In this document: positions 12,601-27,300 of the stretch, piece after piece
How the letters are laid out: the number at the start of each line of letters is the position of its first letter
How positions within the stretch are numbered: position 1 is the stretch's first letter
Assembly (NCBI GenBank): GCA_965153455.1
Contig: OZ234493.1
Coordinates: forward strand, 29,254,213-29,318,212
Source of the DNA: Sphagnum compactum
Taxonomy: Eukaryota
Reading direction: 5' to 3'
Length of the DNA: 64,000 bases
Notes under the pieces: model-generated
What the model was told of the DNA's origin: nothing
The model's input: the letters and a program-made list of their open reading frames with translations, nothing else
The model's database searches: none
Made by a program: the position numbers and the translations under genes

Positions 12601-14269
12601 TTCTCATGGATTCCTATCCATTCCATCTTTTTTGTAATTTTTAATATTTAGGTGAAAATTTTGAACAATGAAACTCTATTGCATATTTTATTCAACATAA
12701 TAAAAAATTACTAATGTTGTGTGATTAACATACATTCTTCCTTTTCAAAAAAGAACTTGTAATTTTAGTTTTCACAATTTAATTTTTTAAAAGTTCTTTA
12801 GTTGTGGTTTGAAGGGAAACCCATTTTTGGGTGGCACCATTTGGAACCACTTCAAGGAGTGGTCAAGGAATCAAAAGTTGATCAAATCATTTGTCGGGGA
12901 CCCTTTTAAAAAAGAATTCACAATTATAATTTTGTTTTTTCATATTTATCCATTGGATGCCTTATTACATGACTTGAAATTTATTTTGGAATAAAAAATG
13001 ATTTAAAAAAAATTGTATTCTTAATAATGATGGCCCCTTCACATTCCTTAACTTTGAAAATTCATAACAAAATTATATTTATTCAATTGATTGCTTAATA
13101 GAAAAACTAAAAATAAAATATCTTCAAAATTACCTTAGGAAAAAAGTTCTCAAGAAAATTCTTAAATTATGTTTCAAATTTGTGTTCATGATAAAAAAGA
13201 AAGGAACTAACATTATATTCTTGAAACATTTTTAAATGCAATGATTAGGAACGTCAAAATACACAATATATTCTTGATATTATTGAGATTTCAAAATATG
13301 TGGAACATATTAAATGTCATTTATTTTAATGTTTCTTATGATTTTTAAAACTTTGATAAGATCAAGGTGTGACATTTTTAGTGGACCACCAAAAGATAAG
13401 TTTGCTCTTGAATAATTCTTTTCAATTTTAAGCCTTTGAATTCTAGGTCTAACACATTTTTTCAAATTCAAAAACTTCCAAACTCGATTTAAAAATCAAG
13501 TTCAATTTCATATACACATTACACACTCCCCGATGGTGAAAATTGTATAGGCAGAGAGTTTTACAACAAATTAAAAAAGGGGTCTATAAAGGAACAAAAG
13601 TTCAACTACTAATTAAAATTAATATCATGAAACACAACTTGTCAATTTTTTTTCCCAAAAATCAACTTCCTTACCTAAAAACTTGAAATCACATTTTCAT
13701 GATTTTGAGGATATCTTGGGGTTTTTGCCCTGGTTGATAGCCTAGCAGCATTTATTTTACTGGCAAAATTAAGAATCCAATTTTAAAGAAGCAATTTTGA
13801 AGGTTTTTAGTTGCAAGGAGGGGGGAAAAAAAAAAAGGAGGAAAAAAATTGCTAGATTCATATATTTGGTTTCATTTCAATTTTCATCATGTAGCAAAAA
13901 ATTATATAGAATGATGATAAATATTTGTACTTTATTTCTGATTAATATCCAGAGATTTGGCTAAATCTTCCTAGGGATGATCACCTTGTGATCTTCATCT
14001 TCCCATGGATGATAGCCACTTTGGCTACAAACCAAAAAATTCCTAAAAACAAAAACACTGAAACTCGATAGTATCAAGTGTGAACAACGATTGTAATTGG
14101 ATGGGGGAGACTGGGGGAGCACACTTGATACCGTTAATCCACCTCTAATTGGCCAATTTTTTACGAGTTTAGTGTGTAAGTGATATATATTTTAAAAATT
14201 CATAATTTGACCAAGCTCCACACAAGGGCCTAGAGCCCCAAGGGTTAAAAATCTTGTCCTCAATTATCT

Positions 14270-14526
14270 GATAGGTTTTTGGCAAATGGACTTAGCTGTG
14301 GTAGGTAGGTTTTTGCCAAATGGATGTAGCTGTGGTAGGTGGGTTTTTGGCAAATGGATGTAGCTGTGATAGGTTTTTGGCAAATGGACATAGCTGTGGT
14401 AGGTAGGTTTTTGGCAAATGGATGTAGCTGTGATAGGTTTTTGGCAAATGGACATATTTGTGGTAGGTAGGTTTTTGCCAAATGGATGTAGCTGTGATAG
14501 GTTTTTGGCAAATGGAGGTAGCTGTA
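14270..14526. repeat. Minisatellite of 30- and 34-bp units (8 units) with mostly alternating higher-order structure
   Basis: ataggtttttggcaaatggacatagctgtg and gtaggtaggtttttg[g/c]caaatggatgtagctgtg. Confidence 0.95.
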
Positions 14527-15229
14527 ATAATAGAAAAGAAAGGAGTAAAGCCAGGTTTTGAATTCTGCCTTACATTTTCCCTCTCTGTTGGAACTTGGCA
14601 AGCCAGCAGCAGCTGCCAGGCTCATCATCTAAACCACTCATAAGTGGCCTGCTACTCAAGGGAGTCATTAATTGCCATTATTATCAATTTTTACTAGGCG
14701 ACAAAAGCTGAATTTTACAACAGCAGTAGGCTATGAGAAAATAATTCAGTTTTGCAGACCCTCCAACCTTTGTCTTCCTTCTGCTATGGCCAAATTTTAT
14801 TACCTATTTTGTGTCTAAAATAGGAAAATCACTTTCTCTCACCCTCCTCTCCTGAGCAGTAGCCTAGTGATTGTTTTTTCTTTTTTCTTTTTTTTTCTGA
14901 TGTTGAGTCATTATTGGCTATAGCATCCCAAGAGGGATTTTAGCATTAAATGGCGACAGGATTTTTAAATTAGTTTTTGAAATGCTACCAAACCAAAATC
15001 AGAGTCCAAATGTGATGAACTTTTTTTTCCCCATTTTTCTTTTTCAAAGTTTGGCTATTTTTTCAGAATGGTGAACATTTCAAACAACACAAGCCTTAGT
15101 TCCCTTTTTATTTCCTGCCTTCACTTCCTAAGAAAAGAAGGTAGAAAAGCAACCATATAACTCTTTTATAAAGTTTACCAGGGTTTCATCACTCTCTGTC
15201 GTGGTTACTTTTTTTGGTCCAAAAATATT

Positions 15230-15483
15230 CAATTAAGTTGTGCAAAGGATGGCAAGCATATTATTGCATCTTAAGTCAGGCCCTAACAATAGGGCCTAGT
15301 AACTTTCTTCACCAATTAAGTTGCAAAGGATGCAAGCATCTTCCATCTTAAGTCGAGTGATAGCAATAAGGCCTAGTAACTTCCTAACTTCCACCAATTA
15401 AGTTGCAAAGGATATGAGCATCCTCCATCATCTTAAGTCAGGTGATAGATAGCAATAGGCCTAGCTACTTCCTGACTTTCACC
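15230..15483. repeat. Tandem repeat, ~82-bp unit x3
   Basis: 'caattaagttg...caaaggat...catcttaagtc...caata.ggcctag' at ~15230, 15313 and 15395. Confidence 0.85.
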
Positions 15484-15998
15484 CCTTTAGGACACACCCC
15501 AATTGTCATGATCAACTTATTACAGACGATCAATTTGTTGAGATGGAAAGATTTTGACATTTTGTTTGTGTTAACTTGACATTCTTTACATTCTCCCTTT
15601 TATTCTAATACATTTGTACATTTTTTGAATTAACAATGTGTTTATAAATAAAATTTTGCAAGGTTTTGATGATATGACTTTATACCTCACCCCCCCCTCC
15701 CCCCTATTGAACTGCAAGGGAGTCATACTGTGTCTGGTGCTGTGTGGACATATGCATGTCATGTTCTGCAGCCAAAATTAAATTAGATAAGTAAAATTCT
15801 GCACTAGTAATAAGAGTAGATTTGAATCTGGCACCCGGTCAAATGCAGGACAACCTAATTCAAATCAACATGCTACAGTTTGGTTTCAATACAATTTGAA
15901 ATGAAGTTTTCACCACATCTGCTGCAGCAGAACTACAGAGGGCACCCCTTTTGATCTCCCTGCAGTTGTTCAATTAGGGGGGGGGGGTTTAACCCCAA

Positions 15999-16203
15999 GG
16001 GTGATGGCTCATTGGTATAGCCCATTCTGAGAACCTGGGACCTCCAAAAAGAAAAGGTCCTGGGTTCAAATTGAACCCAGTGGAGTGGAGGTGATGTAAC
16101 TCCTGCCAGCCCTCTCTGCCAATGAGCTTGACTTGGGGGGTGCTAACGGTTTGTCAGGTCAGGTCTGCTGTTGTGTTTGGGGGAAAAAAAAAAGAAAAAA
16201 AAA
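15999..16203 (+). mobile_element. Candidate tRNA-derived SINE
   Basis: Pol III A-box-like TGGCTCATTGG (16005-16015), B-box-like GGTTCAAAT (16063-16071) and an A-rich tail (16184-16203). No cloverleaf and no clear TSD. Confidence 0.45.
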
Positions 16204-19200
16204 GTTTACACCATCGCTAAGTGTGCTGCACATAGTTGTTATTTTTTGTTTCTCCCCTTTGTCTTGCCTTGGTTTGATCCATTTTTTTTCTCAAAAACAA
16301 ATTGTAAGATGCCCAGAGACTCTGAAACTGTGTACTGTCGGCGTCAAGATATGTCTGGAACCACCAGACACATCTTGGACAGGAAAATGGGCAGTCAAAA
16401 AATCGTTCGTTTTGTACTGTCTGCAATAACAAGTATGTGCACATATAATAGAGATATCCGTAAAGTAAGGGAAACGCAGCACCAGTCTCACCTGTTTGGT
16501 CATAAAGTGCTCGAGATTTTAATAAAACAGTTATAAAAATGTACACTCGGCTTATCGGAGGATTGAAACTCAGATTAACACCAAATTTGACCAAATCTGA
16601 GTTTCACCTTGCCTTTTTTGTTTTCCTGGTTGCTATGTGTACTGTTGCAATAAATATTCCCAAAGCTTTATGTATTTAGTCCTGTAAATGTAGAATATGA
16701 GACATAAACAAATACCCTTATATGGTTTTACACATCTATGTGAAACAATGTTAAAAATGTGATTTCTACTTGGGGAGGGGGGGGGATTTCATAATGTTTT
16801 TGGTGATGGGCCAACCAAATGGACCATTGCAAAGACAGAAAGAATCATCAAAACATTTGTGCTGTAGGATGCACTGCAACTAATTTAATTAATTAATATG
16901 GATCACAATAAGTACGTAAGCTCTTGTAAAAGCTTAGGTCAAAATAATGAGGAATAATGTTAGGCATAAAAGTTCTACTCCATCAATGAGGCGAGGCAAA
17001 ATGTGTATTCAAAATATTATTTGGAATAGCACCACCATAGTTCCATATTGGTAGAAAATGCTAATGTTGGGGGAGTAAAAGGTCAATCAAAGTGGCCCAT
17101 TGCAAAAACCAAAAAAAATTCATCTTTGGGATGCACACACAACTAATTAATATGCATTTGCAAGAAGGTATGATCATTAAGGGTATATAATATATACACT
17201 TACACACCCAAAACATTTACATGGGGTTGTGTAGGTCTATTTGACAAATATTTACACTGGCCTCGTGTACCTGTAAAAAGTTCAAACACGTAAATGTAAA
17301 TAATTTACGCTTCCAGGAAATTTATAATTTTACACATTGTATATTCAACTATTGGCACTTACACACACCACACTAATATTTATTCTAGGTGCTTATTAAC
17401 CGAGCTTGAGGCTGTCAACCCCACCAGGAGTTCAAAAGTAAAATGTCAATAAATTATTGGTGTAATTCCAATATAATTCAGTGTTTGAGTATTGTTTTAA
17501 TGCAACAATATTTTGACACATTGTCATGGCATGACATTTTTGCATTCACATGTCTTATGTGCATATCATCATGCATCCCATGCAGTTCCCAATCAAATGT
17601 GAAATTTGAAATATATATGTACAATATTGCTTAAGCCATAGGCTCAGATTTGTAACATATGTTGGATAAATGTTAAGTGGAATGTTTTGACCTTATGGCC
17701 TTGCAACCACACATAACACATTCCCATGACCAAATTAATGTTTTATTTTGGTTTGTGAGATTTAACTTTATATACATGCATTGCTAGTGTCATCCCATGC
17801 ATGTATTAAAAGCTAAATGTCACAACCCAAAATAAGACATTAATTTGAACCAATTGGCAATATTTTTCAAATTAAACGAATAGGTAAATGCGATGTATCA
17901 AAAACATAAATATTTTGGATATGGTCAAGTTGGTTATCTATGTTCCAAAATGACATATGTTGACACATTTCATGTTGAAACATTGATGTATAAAGGTGTT
18001 ATGTGGCAGGTATCTTAGGATATCCAAATTTTGTATTAAGGAGTGATCCATGTAGTTTTGGACTTTAACTGATTAAGGTTTTTTTAATTTTGTTAATTTT
18101 GAAAAGCATGCCTTTTGCCATTTTGAGGTGTTTACTATTAGTTTAAATTTCTAACACTTGGTGGGTTAGAATTGGCTAGCTTCAATACTACAAGCTCTAG
18201 TAAGGGATTCTTTGTTTTTCTTGTGTTTTGTTGAGTTTGAAGAAGACAAGAAGGTTCTTCCCCTTTTGTGTTTTCTGAAAGCTTGAAGAAGATAGGAAGG
18301 GAGCTACTAAAAGTTAAGCAAAATCATTATCAAGTAAGGAGGAGAAGTTTTACGGGAGTAACATGGCAGCCATGGGAGGAGGATGCAAAGGGACAATCGT
18401 GAGGCTAGGGTTCAAGGGGTATGCATGGTCTATGGACTTGATTTTTGGCGATTAATTGTTGAAATATGCAAGGTGGTAGAGAGACAAAATAGAACTTGAA
18501 GGATTGAAATTGGAAGATGATGCTTATGGGTGGATAAAGGACTTTTGTTTTTAGATAGAAAAAGGTATGGAGAATTGATAGACTAGGAAAACCTTTGTGC
18601 TACTTGAATTTTGAAACTTGAAGAATAAAGAAAAGGGGATGATGGTTGTGGTTTGTGTCGTGCAAAGTAGGAATAAGTTGTTAGTTTGTAAATTAATTAG
18701 TGCTTAAAGAAGTTGTGGCATGTTTAGTTTCAGTTGATCCTTGATGAATTCGGTTAGGGATGGAAAATAAGAGGAGAAGGACTATGGTAGGTTGGATTGT
18801 TTTAGATGTTTTACCAAGATTTAAGTGTTGTTGAGTGTAATGAAAATAAAATGAAAATTTGATGTACATTGTCAAAATTGCAAGTAAATGTAAAATAGCA
18901 ACAAAACTCATCATAAAATAATTAAATTTTTAATTTTGATTAAATTATCCAAAATAAAACACTTATTATGTAATATGCATTAATTTTTAATTTTCACATA
19001 TAAGTTTCAAGCAGGTTTTCTTAAAAAAAAGTAGCTTTCAATGCTTACTTTCACAATGTGAACTTTTCTGTGAACACAATAAATGGAGCCATCTAAATGG
19101 GTGGATATTTTTCACTTATATTTTTTAATTATTGAAGAATCAAAAGGGGAGCACAATAGTTTGGATTATTAGTCTATATTTTTAGAGTGCAATCAATTTT

Positions 19201-21312
19201 GTTACTTGCAAAGTTTTAATGCTCAAAATTTGATGCAAATCAAAAGTCTTTTTGGGTCCATTTCACATTTAAGGTTCCAAAAACAAATTCCCCAAAAAAA
19301 ATTATAGGACATTTTTAGGGTTGATCTATACAAACAACATTTTCACAGAACAAATGTTAGTGAGAAAAATTGAATAGTTAGAGATAAAATAATTCATGTG
19401 GTGATGGTGGTTTTTCACATGCATACATAGTTGTGCATCAATATTTTCGTTTATAAGCAAAAAAACAAAAAATGCCAAAATGAATTTTTAAATTCAACTA
19501 AACATGTTTTTTCACATGATTATTTTTTGAAAATGTGACTTGTGTCCATAGATAGAAATTTTGAACTTAATGAATATAAACAACTAGCCAAATGATGTAA
19601 AATAAAAATCATTTCCTTATAACCTTTTACTTCAAAATTTCAAGACTTTGAAATTTTAATATGATTTATTTTTTCATCACATTAACTTAATGAACATGTA
19701 GTTACATAAAGAGAAACATGTTTTTCTTGTACAATTTTTTTGAAATCAACTATATTATTTTATGCATTAATTTTTCATTCCTTTATAAAAAGGTTGTAAT
19801 ATGGACAACCAACCATAAATTGGTCAAGGACTCAAAAGTGCATTTACAAAAAAATCAATAAATATTGGATTTTCAAAGAGCTCAATAATTTAATTGTGAG
19901 AACTCAACAATACACAACATTTGTAATATACTAAACACTATCAAAATCTAAAATTGTCTTTTACAATCATTTTTCGATTACACTCCTTTTTAGAACCCCA
20001 ACCACAAATGCTCCCTTTCACATTTAAAGCATTCAAACCTCTAAAGTGAATTTTATTTTTTTTTCGATTTCAAACATCTTTTTTCCTTATCAAATGTCAA
20101 TTTTAACATTGATGATTTAAAAAGAAAAAAGAATTAAAATTGATAAAATTCAATTTTACAACACATTCGAGTGCATTTGGTTCAAACATGTTTTTGGCTT
20201 TTTAAAATTATGTTTAATAGTGTGGTTGTAAGAAAAATTATTCATTTTTATAAGGTAAAGAACATGAATACACAATATACATTATATAAAATAATTTGTA
20301 GCAAAAACAATTTAGCACATAGTTGTAAATTATGTAGGATTTTTAAAAAAATATAAGGTTATAGACCAACACAAGAATGTTGTATGCCACATGCAATATT
20401 TGGAAAATGACTTTTACCTTTCTGCCTTGCTTCTTTGACCATGTTTGCATCCTTTTGTTTCAAATAGGTGTCGAATAGATTTTAACAAAAAAAAGTATAA
20501 AATTTTAGAATAAATGATGATCTTAATAGCCTAACTGATGATATTTACAAATAAAAAATAATATCTTTTACATGATCACATAAAATTGCATTGATAATAT
20601 GAATGATTTGTTTTCATGAAAGTGACATAATAACTTCAAAAATTCTAAGCTTTGGGGGTGAAAAATGAAAGGAAAGTTACTTTAGTTTTTTTCATTTATA
20701 GCATCTCCACTAACTTTGTTTAGGGTAGTGAAACTTGTAAGAGCTACACTGATGTCCATGATAATGATTGACCTAGGTGGAGAAATTGAAATGATCTATC
20801 AATTTTTGTTGTTCAATTTCTCATTAGAATGGATGGGGAGGGAGGAATAATTAAGGTTGAATATTAGATGTGAATATTGATACAAGGGGCACCATTGGAA
20901 TTGTTATTAGGCTAGTTTCCAAAGTGTCGATAAGAATTAAATCACATGTGCAATGTGCATACATAGTTTCAATTGTTTTAATTTGCATTTCAATACTCAA
21001 AACACGTTTGAATTAAATGATCTCAAGAATTTCAAAGGTTCAAATGAAATAACCAAGCATTCAAACATAATAAAAAGAGCTAGGGGAGCAAAAATTAAAG
21101 ATTTCATTTAACATGTGGCATTCCTATGTTGGTCTAGTTTCTTAACTTTTTGCATTTTTCATCCCTCGCTTATAGTTAGATGGGAGCTAGGTGCCAGATA
21201 TAATTATTTTTTGACTACATATTGGTCTATCTCATTTATATTTTGCATCCATGCTTTGAACAATAGAAAAATGAATACTTTTGTTAAAGACACAATCTCA
21301 AAAATTCACAAT

Positions 21313-21316
<4 letters not shown>

Positions 21317-21367
<51 letters not shown>
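21317..21367. repeat. (AT)n microsatellite
   Basis: About 25 perfect AT units. Confidence 0.95.
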
Positions 21368-21369
<2 letters not shown>

Positions 21370-24237
21370 GCAAGTATAAGTGTAAATTACAAAATATACA
21401 CAACATGAGATGTAAGTGCAAAAACATACACAATTTTATACCACATCTAAAATGATTATTTACATTTACACACACACCATTGGTTTGAACTCCTGCCCCC
21501 CACCACTCCCGCCCCCCTCTCGCTCAAAATCATATTTTCTACCCTCCCTCACAAAATTAATTAGTTTTACCTCCAAGTGGTGTAACACCCATTATGTTCC
21601 CAGATTTCATGCCCTTACCATTACCCTAGGAGAAAATAGGTAGGTGATGAACAATAAAACTTCTATATTGGGGGTAGCCTCCAAAGTTTCACAACTTATT
21701 TGTGGTGAACCAATCAAAGAGGCTCATTGCCAAAAAAAAGAAAAAAAGAAAAAAAAGTAAACTTGAGAAGCACCCCCAACTAATTCATATGGATCACACT
21801 AACATGGCATTCAACCATACAAAGAGGAAACTTGAAAGAACACCACCCGAAACGCAGCAACTTTAGAAAATACCCATCCATGGAATTTATGTCAGATGAA
21901 AATATGTACTTAATCAATGTTACAAACTATGGGAACATGTTTTCATGGCAAAATGAAAAAACATAGACTTAACTTTGTGATGAGTCATACACTTTGTCTC
22001 AGAGCTCTTGCATTTGGTCAATGCTTCACTTGTAGAGCTACAAGTTGAGTTTGGGCATAAATAACACATGAAAATAATGGGAAAAAATTATGGTCACAAT
22101 TTATTTATTTTTTAAAACGTCTTTAATTACCCAATGTAATTAGGCATTTTGATAATTAAGGACATCCTAGTCAAATTTGAAATTAAGGTCCTCAATGTCT
22201 AGGGAGAATTGACAAGTAATTATGTAGTTACTTTCTCTTGGAGTAGGTTTTTGTTTAGCAAAATCTAGTCAACTGGTGATTCTTTTTCAAATTGATGAAA
22301 ACTTGGTACTCTTTGGGATTTTTCATTGCCAAGTTTCGAGATATAACTTAATTTTAAATTGTTGAATTGAATTCTGAGTTCCAATTTAAAAGGATTCTTA
22401 TTTTTAAAAATTACATTTGTTAATTTTAAATCACCAAACCTAGCTAAATTGTCTTATGCATGATCATCACTTCGTTTCAAGAGTTTTTTTGTTTTGGCAA
22501 ATTTTTTGTCACTTGACGAGGAAAAAAAAGGGCCTAACAGACTCATGCAAAGGATTTTTTGGGGGAAAAAAATCACCCAAAGTCATCATATTTTGAGATG
22601 TTTTTTTTTAAAAAATCGCTAGATTTTAGACCATAGGTTCTGGCATCATCTCACAAATTTTTGGGGGAAAAAATAAAATAAAAAATGCCCATCACAAAGT
22701 CCTTTGCCCAAAAACCAGATTCAAATTCTAAAGAAAGTGAAATAAACAAGCAGAAAAATTAAGGCTTCAAATTACGCCTATGATATTGAATTGTTTTCCA
22801 AATTGCCCGTTCATAAATGGTAGACAAACAATTTGTAAGCTCTTACCTGCTACCGAGACCCTGGTGGAGGCAGTGTTTTTTTCTTGGGGGCGAAATTTCG
22901 CCAAATTTCAACCTGAAAAATATGATTATGACCGATACAAAGGATTTTCTGTGGAAAAAAAAAAAGACCAATATTCGCCAGATTTTTTAAAAAAAGAAAG
23001 AATTGCCAGATTGAGACCCAGATTTTCTATGATAAGTTCGAGTAGGTAGCCCAAGAATATAGAAGGATTCTGGTTTTTTTTTTTTTTTTTTTTTCTACTT
23101 CCATATCTAGTTTGTAGCCAAATCTGGCTAAATCATCTTATGGATGATCGATCGCCAACTTCAGCTAGATCACAAAATTTATTTTAAAAATAAATAAAAT
23201 AAAAACCCTGCCCGGAGGTGGTCTTCGGGCAGCCCTGCCCTGCCCTGCCCAGAAAGAAATGAAGTGCAAGGAATTAAATGCGGTTCCGTCTGCGATGGGT
23301 GGTGCCATCATCATCAGAATTAAATGCAGCTCTGCTTGCCTCGCCTTGCCTTGCCTTGCCCTGCCCGCGGCCATCATTAAATTTAAAAATGGGAGCCCAA
23401 AACCATTTTCCCCTGCCCCATTACTTGGTTTTCTTTTGACAATTTGAGCCCCACTTTAAAACCAATGGTGACTTGTGAGGGACCATGACCATGGAAAATG
23501 CTAAGAGCCCTCAAAAACACATCCCAATGTTGTCCCATGGAAATTCATAAATCCTTTATGTCTGAGCCCTCTTTGTTGTGAGGTGTAATGTAAAATGATA
23601 AAAGCTTTGCTGAGGTACCTTAACATAATACCTAATAGTAGTATATTGTGATTCATATTAATTTAGTTGTGGGAACCCCCTTTTGTTCAAATAAAACAAT
23701 AATTTGTGATAGACATCTTTGATTGGCTCATCACAAGAAAAGTCTTTTAAAAATCAATCTTCGGACATTCTCAAAATAGATAAGTTGTAATCTCCTCCTT
23801 TGGCCTGGACATATAAGTTTTGAAGAGTAGAACCTAGGGTTTAAAATATGGGATGAAAGAAGGAGCTACTATTGGAAACATCTTGGAGAACCACTTGAGA
23901 ACCCATATGGAACTTGATCGGAACAACAAAAATCCCAACACTCTCACCTTTCCCCCAAAAGAAAAAAAAATTGAGCATCTTGGGTGCATGTTACCTCATC
24001 TCATTGGTTACAAAAAGTCTTTTGCCTACTTCATTTTTGGTCTAGGCTATTGGCAAGGGCATGAACTATCCGTGTATATTATAACGGAACCAAAAACGAG
24101 TAACATTTTAAACCAATCATGCCATTTTGGGCTCATGGTCTAGAGGACTTAGGCCCACCATGAAATTAGTTAGACCATGAAAAATTATTCAAAATATATG
24201 TAATGTTAATTTTTCATCCATTCACATTTCCTTGGTA

Positions 24238-24333
24238 CCTTCTTAGGTCTTCAACCTTTGTATAAAAACGAACTCTTCTTGTGCCTTCTTAGGTCTTCAA
24301 CCTTTGTATAAAAGCGAACTCTTCTTGTACCTT
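24238..24333. repeat. Tandem duplication, ~46 bp x2
   Basis: ccttcttaggtcttcaacctttgtataaaa.cgaactcttcttgt present twice. Confidence 0.85.
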
Positions 24334-27300
24334 GTCGACATGTCTTTTCCTCCGATGAGAGATTTTCAATTTGGATGGTCATGGGCTTTGAGGCTTTAAT
24401 GTAAAGGGGAGCCTTATTTTATGAAAAAACCCTAAACCTTAAACCCTAAACCTAATAACATTCTTGAATGCAATTTCACCTGGCTTCCACAAATATGCTA
24501 TAAAATTGTAACATACAACTCATCAGAGAAGATTTCAAAAATCTGACAGTATTGTCGTTTTTTTTGCCAATAGTCTAAATTCTAGTGACGAGTAATTGGA
24601 ACTGGTATAGAGAGGGATTTTTTTGGAATCCTTGGTATGGTCATCCATGGAACCATTCCAAAGACAATTCCAAAAGTAATTATCTCATTTTCAAGCCTAA
24701 CTATTTCATTTTATTTTTCTTAATAACTACTTTCTTTTCATGTTAACTTTCTTAATAATTATCTCCCACCTTTTGTAATAACTATCTCTATTTTATAACT
24801 ACCTCACTCTTTTTTCATATCCACCAACATGAATATGAAAAAACAAATTAACATGTGTCTTTTCATGTCCATGAAATGTATATTAATTTAAATTAAATTT
24901 TCCATTGATACAAATAATGGTGAATTATTAAAAACTGTATGAAAACATAAGGAATTTTTTTAAAAAAAGTTGATCATCACTGGTAGTGTGCAGAAGTGCG
25001 GAGGAGCTCAAATTGATAGACTCTCTTGCAAATGGGATGCAGAATCTGCTGCCCTTAGTTCAATTTTGCTAACAAAAACGAATTCATAACTCACACACAC
25101 TCCATTCAGTTGGGCTTCTGACTTTGATGACACACAGAAATAAATTGCTACTGCAAAAAAAAAAGCAGGGAATCTGAAAATAGTGATGCTTTTTACACTG
25201 GGGTTATAGACAAGTTTGTGTCAGGTGATTAAATTTTTCAGTGTTAAATTTTTGGACTTTCCCATGGCATTGAATTAATTGTCACTTAAATTGTTTTTGT
25301 TGGTATTAGTAAGGTTGTTTGTAAAGTACACCCTGTTAGGCACGGCACCAGCTTGGACGTCAGTTTGTGCTTGACTTTCTCTAATTCATGCTCAGTTGGA
25401 GGTTTTTCACAAAGTGAGGGGGCAAAGCAAATGAGCACCCAATAGTTAAAATGAGCATCCCTTTTTGAAAACCCAGGGAAATACAAATGGGAGTCAAACT
25501 CCTTTTTATGCACCAGTTTTGGAGCAAAAAAGCAATTTCTCTCCCTTCCCCCCCCCTTTGTTGTTGGCCTTGCCTACCAAGGCGAGGATATTGTATTTAG
25601 ATTCATTATAGAGTATAGTAGCTTAAGGGAATTCTTTGTAATGTAAGTTTGAAAGAATTTTATTTATTTTTTAAAAATCCTCAAAATGTTAAAACCACAA
25701 AATTGAACCAAAAAACCCTGGCCCAAAGGCGAGGTTATTTTAACTTTGAAGCATAACTTTATTGTTAAATTTTGTTTTGAGCTTTAAGTTTGAAAGAATT
25801 GTTGTTTTAGCCTGATGTAGGTTAGGTAGAACAGCCCATGAATGATCACTTAAGTGCTCAGGACAGGCCAGATTCAAGGGGAGGGCTTTGTTGTTTTTGG
25901 TGTCCAAACAAAACTTGAACCCCTCTTATTGACACATCTGGCACACTAAAAATCATTCAAAATGGATTACAATTGAGAAAGTTATGACCCCCCAGAGAAG
26001 AGGGTCAAAAACTCAAAAAAACAAACCACCAAACAGTACAAAGCCCATTCTCGATCACTCAAAAAATTCTTTCTATGTTGCTCTGTTGCTATTAGAGGTC
26101 AAAGATGATTTGTCAAACGGAAGGGACACTGCTATAGCATTTTAAATTGTTTAAAATGAATAAGAAATGAGAAAGTTAGAAGCTTTGAAAGTAAGAGGGG
26201 TCCAAAGAAAAAGAAAAAGAAAAAACCACACATTTGGTGAGTTGGAAAGCTTATTTTTCTTCTTGCTATTTTTTCATTACTCCTTTTCATTTGCACTTCA
26301 AGGATGGCTTCTAGAGCTTGAGGCAGCACTCCCATAACATTTTAAATCACTCAAAATGAAGCACACATGATGAAGATCTAAAGAAGTGATTGGTAATAGA
26401 GTAATTATCAGTGATGGGCAGTTCTACCCTAGTACAACTTTTTGCAGAGCTGGGAAATTGAAGAGCATATGGGTCTAAACCCTGGTCACAGCCCAGTGTT
26501 CTTTTTTGGGTGGGGAATTTTGTGAGGAACCCAAAGTGGTTAGTTATCATCCATAAAAAAGATGCAGCAAAATATGGCGATCATCCAGAGGAAAACATTT
26601 AGCCATATCTGGCTACAAACCAGAAAAAAGTACTGAATCTTTTAATCAATCCTTTAGATATATTTCTGGTTAGCTTCCTGGAACTTTCAGCAGCTTTCTG
26701 GCCCCTCCATAAAATCCCAGGGTTGTGAAATTTAGGCAAATTTAAATTTAGTTTTTTTCTCTTAGGATTTCCTTTTAACAAAAAAGAGAAGGAGCTAAAA
26801 TAAATATGAGCGCTTTTTGGCGAAACTTCACCAGTAAAAGAACTCACTGCCAGTCAGTCCGAGCTGTTGCCATTGCAAGTTGGATTTGCAATACTCGTTT
26901 GTTGTTGTTATTGATGATGATGGCCTTGTGTTTTGTTGTTTGTCTTTTGCTATTACTTAGTGTCTGTCAGTGCATTAGTGAGGAGTTACAACTCGCAGTG
27001 GGTTTTTTTTAATTTTTTTAATTGTTTTTATAAATTAATTATTTCATTATTTTTATTTTATTTTATTTTAAAAATAATTTTATTATTTATTTATTTATAT
27101 TGGGTCAATTTTCTGATGCAGCCAAAGTGTCAATGATCCAAAGGAAAGATTTAGCTAAATATGAAAGTATAATTTTGAAAACATCCTTCTATATTTTTGG
27201 CTACCTACATTGAGTTATATATCTAAATAAATCTGGCTATTTTTCTGAAATTTGGGCCGAATTATGGCTATTGAAAATCTCCAAATGCACTTGTTTTAGC

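Noticed and set aside
14260-14628. Repetitive 122-aa ORF
   Set aside because: Derived from the minisatellite; there is no coding evidence.
15999-16085. tRNA gene
   Set aside because: A/B-box-like motifs are present, but there is no acceptor stem or cloverleaf.
23200-23380. Structured ncRNA in a GC-rich island (GCCCT/GCCTT repeats, small hairpin)
   Set aside because: No recognisable RNA family motif; explained by simple repeats.
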